From Phycisphaerae bacterium (lineage in GTDB: Bacteria > Planctomycetota > Phycisphaerae > SM23-33): 48,404 bases of DNA. Below are positions 46,911 through 48,404 of the stretch, piece by piece. Numbering within the stretch: position 1 is the first letter of the stretch; each line of letters begins with the position of its first letter. The stretch is from NCBI GenBank assembly GCA_016931655.1, contig JAFGEJ010000209.1, positions 1-48,404 on the forward strand, read 5' to 3'. Both the position numbers and the translations under genes were made by a program. Under the pieces are notes generated by a model. The model searched no databases and was not told the origin of the DNA. It saw only the letters and a list, made by a program, of their open reading frames with translations.

Positions 46911-48203
46911 TCATGAGGCGGCCTGCAATTCCCAGAACCACCATTGGGGGAACTGCTCCATAAAGGCGTAGGCCCGCGGCGAGATGGTTTTATAGTCCGG
47001 ATGGATCGGCGGTTCGAGAATCCGCACGATTCGATAGCCGTTTTCACACATCAAATTCGTCATTTCCTCCAGAGTCGGAACCACCTTGAAATGTCGATGC
47101 CGGTATTCGGTCAGGATCCCCACGGGATGGGTTTCCCCTCCGATCCAGGGCGTCAGCCAGAAAGGGTGCGGGTCCATAATCAGCAGCCGGCCGTCCGGTT
47201 TGAGCAGCTTTTTTATGTTCTGCATCACCCGGCCGCGATTCTCCACCAGTTGCGGCTGGTACGACGGATCGAACAGAAACAGAAACGTGTCGATCAGGAT
47301 CACGCGATCAAATTGGCGGTTGTGTATGTTGCCCGACCCCTTGGAAAGATCAAGGATGTCGCCAACCTCAAAGGCAAGGTTGGAATTCTCTTCGGGAGGA
47401 TACAGGTCTCTGGCCTGTGCGATGTAGTCGGGGTTGTAGTCCATTCCAACCGCGCTGCGCGCATGGCAGGCCATCTTCCGCGTGAAATATCCCGTGCCGC
47501 TTCCGATTTCGAGCACGTCCAGATTGGAAAAATTCTCCGCGAAATAGGCGTCGAGAAACGTTTCCTCAATATAACGATACGGCGTCTGGCGAATCGATCG
47601 GCCGTCGTCGGCAAACTTCTGCTTCGTCCACCATTCCGTCGGAACCACGCGATGATACAGGGCTTCGGTTCCGATCTGCTCGAAAAACGTGCCGCGAAAC
47701 CGGTCGCCGAAGGATCGTTTTTCATAGTCGAACGGCTCCTCCGGCTGGGACTCGATGAAGTGATGTTCGCGGAGCAGGTCGATCAACTCTGCCGGGCCCG
47801 GCTCGAACCACCGCCGGTCCTTCGGCTCTGCCAGGAAATCGGAATTCCGAACCGTCGAGGCCCATAGGGTGAAGTCCGTCGCGTCACAGATCGACAAAGG
47901 CTTCGAGGAAAGCCACTCCGCGAGGACCGACTCTGTGCATCCCTCCTCGGCCAGCAGCAGATCCGACAGTTCCGCCAAGCGCCACGGGCCCAGGATATTG
48001 CGACGATAGTTCGGCTGAAACAGGCGACACAGGCCCCCTCCTTCAGGCAAAATGATCGTATTACGGTTCCAGTACCAGGTTGTCGACGATGTATCGCTCA
48101 TTCGACTCGTTTGTCCGGGTTCAGGCCGGTTTTCATCAGAAGAAACAGTAAAAAACCAAATAAAGTAAGGGCGTATCATACTCCGGGCCGGCGGAGAATT
48201 CAC
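46911..48203 (-). CDS. Class I SAM-dependent methyltransferase with an uncharacterised N-terminal domain of about 200 aa
   Basis: Motif I is VLEIGSGTGYFT, followed by GMDYN, FDRVILID and LLKPDGRLLI. An alternative start at MSDTSS (48101) is possible. Confidence 0.75.
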   Translation of the reverse strand: MNSPPARSMIRPYFIWFFTVSSDENRPEPGQTSRMSDTSSTTWYWNRNTIILPEGGGLCRLFQPNYRRNILGPWRLAELSDLLLAEEGCTESVLAEWLSSKPLSICDATDFTLWASTVRNSDFLAEPKDRRWFEPGPAELIDLLREHHFIESQPEEPFDYEKRSFGDRFRGTFFEQIGTEALYHRVVPTEWWTKQKFADDGRSIRQTPYRYIEETFLDAYFAENFSNLDVLEIGSGTGYFTRKMACHARSAVGMDYNPDYIAQARDLYPPEENSNLAFEVGDILDLSKGSGNIHNRQFDRVILIDTFLFLFDPSYQPQLVENRGRVMQNIKKLLKPDGRLLIMDPHPFWLTPWIGGETHPVGILTEYRHRHFKVVPTLEEMTNLMCENGYRIVRILEPPIHPDYKTISPRAYAFMEQFPQWWFWELQAAS

Positions 48204-48404
48204 ACGGAAAAACCGTCTTATACTGATTCAACAAATTAGGTGCCGATTATTCTGTCTGTCTGCATTGATCCAAAATAAAAACGAATATCACTCTTTGGGA
48301 GTAGCCACGGGCGCAAACCCTCACCTTTACCCACATCGTAAAAATACGAATCCATTATGAAAGACGGCTATAAAGAAATCCGGTATTTTGCTTTTTCGCC
48401 TGAA

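Overview
High-GC bacterial chromosome segment. PEP-CTERM sorting tails, dockerin-like repeats, and large TPR and HEAT proteins suggest a diderm, possibly Planctomycetota or another PVC-type organism, but that assignment is low-confidence inference. Most of the window is housekeeping. A long minus-strand translation operon runs nusA, infB, DUF503, rbfA, a lysine/alanine-tailed protein, hisG and a TPR protein. Also present are yebC, argS, coaD, coaX, rpmA, obgE, a phosphofructokinase, a CHASE2 adenylate cyclase, a SpoIID-like protein and a hicBA toxin-antitoxin pair. I saw no rRNA, tRNA, CRISPR array or transposase. The most interesting region is a nine-gene, tightly coupled minus-strand operon at 40162-48203. 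It encodes a Dlt-like envelope acylation relay: a carrier protein, a DltB/AlgI-type MBOAT, a 41-codon DltX-like micropeptide ending in FIYQNF that sits hidden in a shadow ORF, and a membrane-anchored SGNH/DltD-like protein. No DltA-type ligase is present. The relay is joined to a methyltransferase and to an aldolase, M29-like, RraA-like and aminotransferase set. Other oddities are an argS gene with very AT-rich in-frame blocks and an extra 45-codon hydrophobic insertion, and an apparently frameshifted NapH-like polyferredoxin. Intergenic regions carry a family of hairpins built from tandem 7-9 nt words, and a roughly 145-nt element between argS and coaD has four mutually exclusive pairing segments. 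Many long ORFs in the track are antisense shadows of real genes and were rejected.
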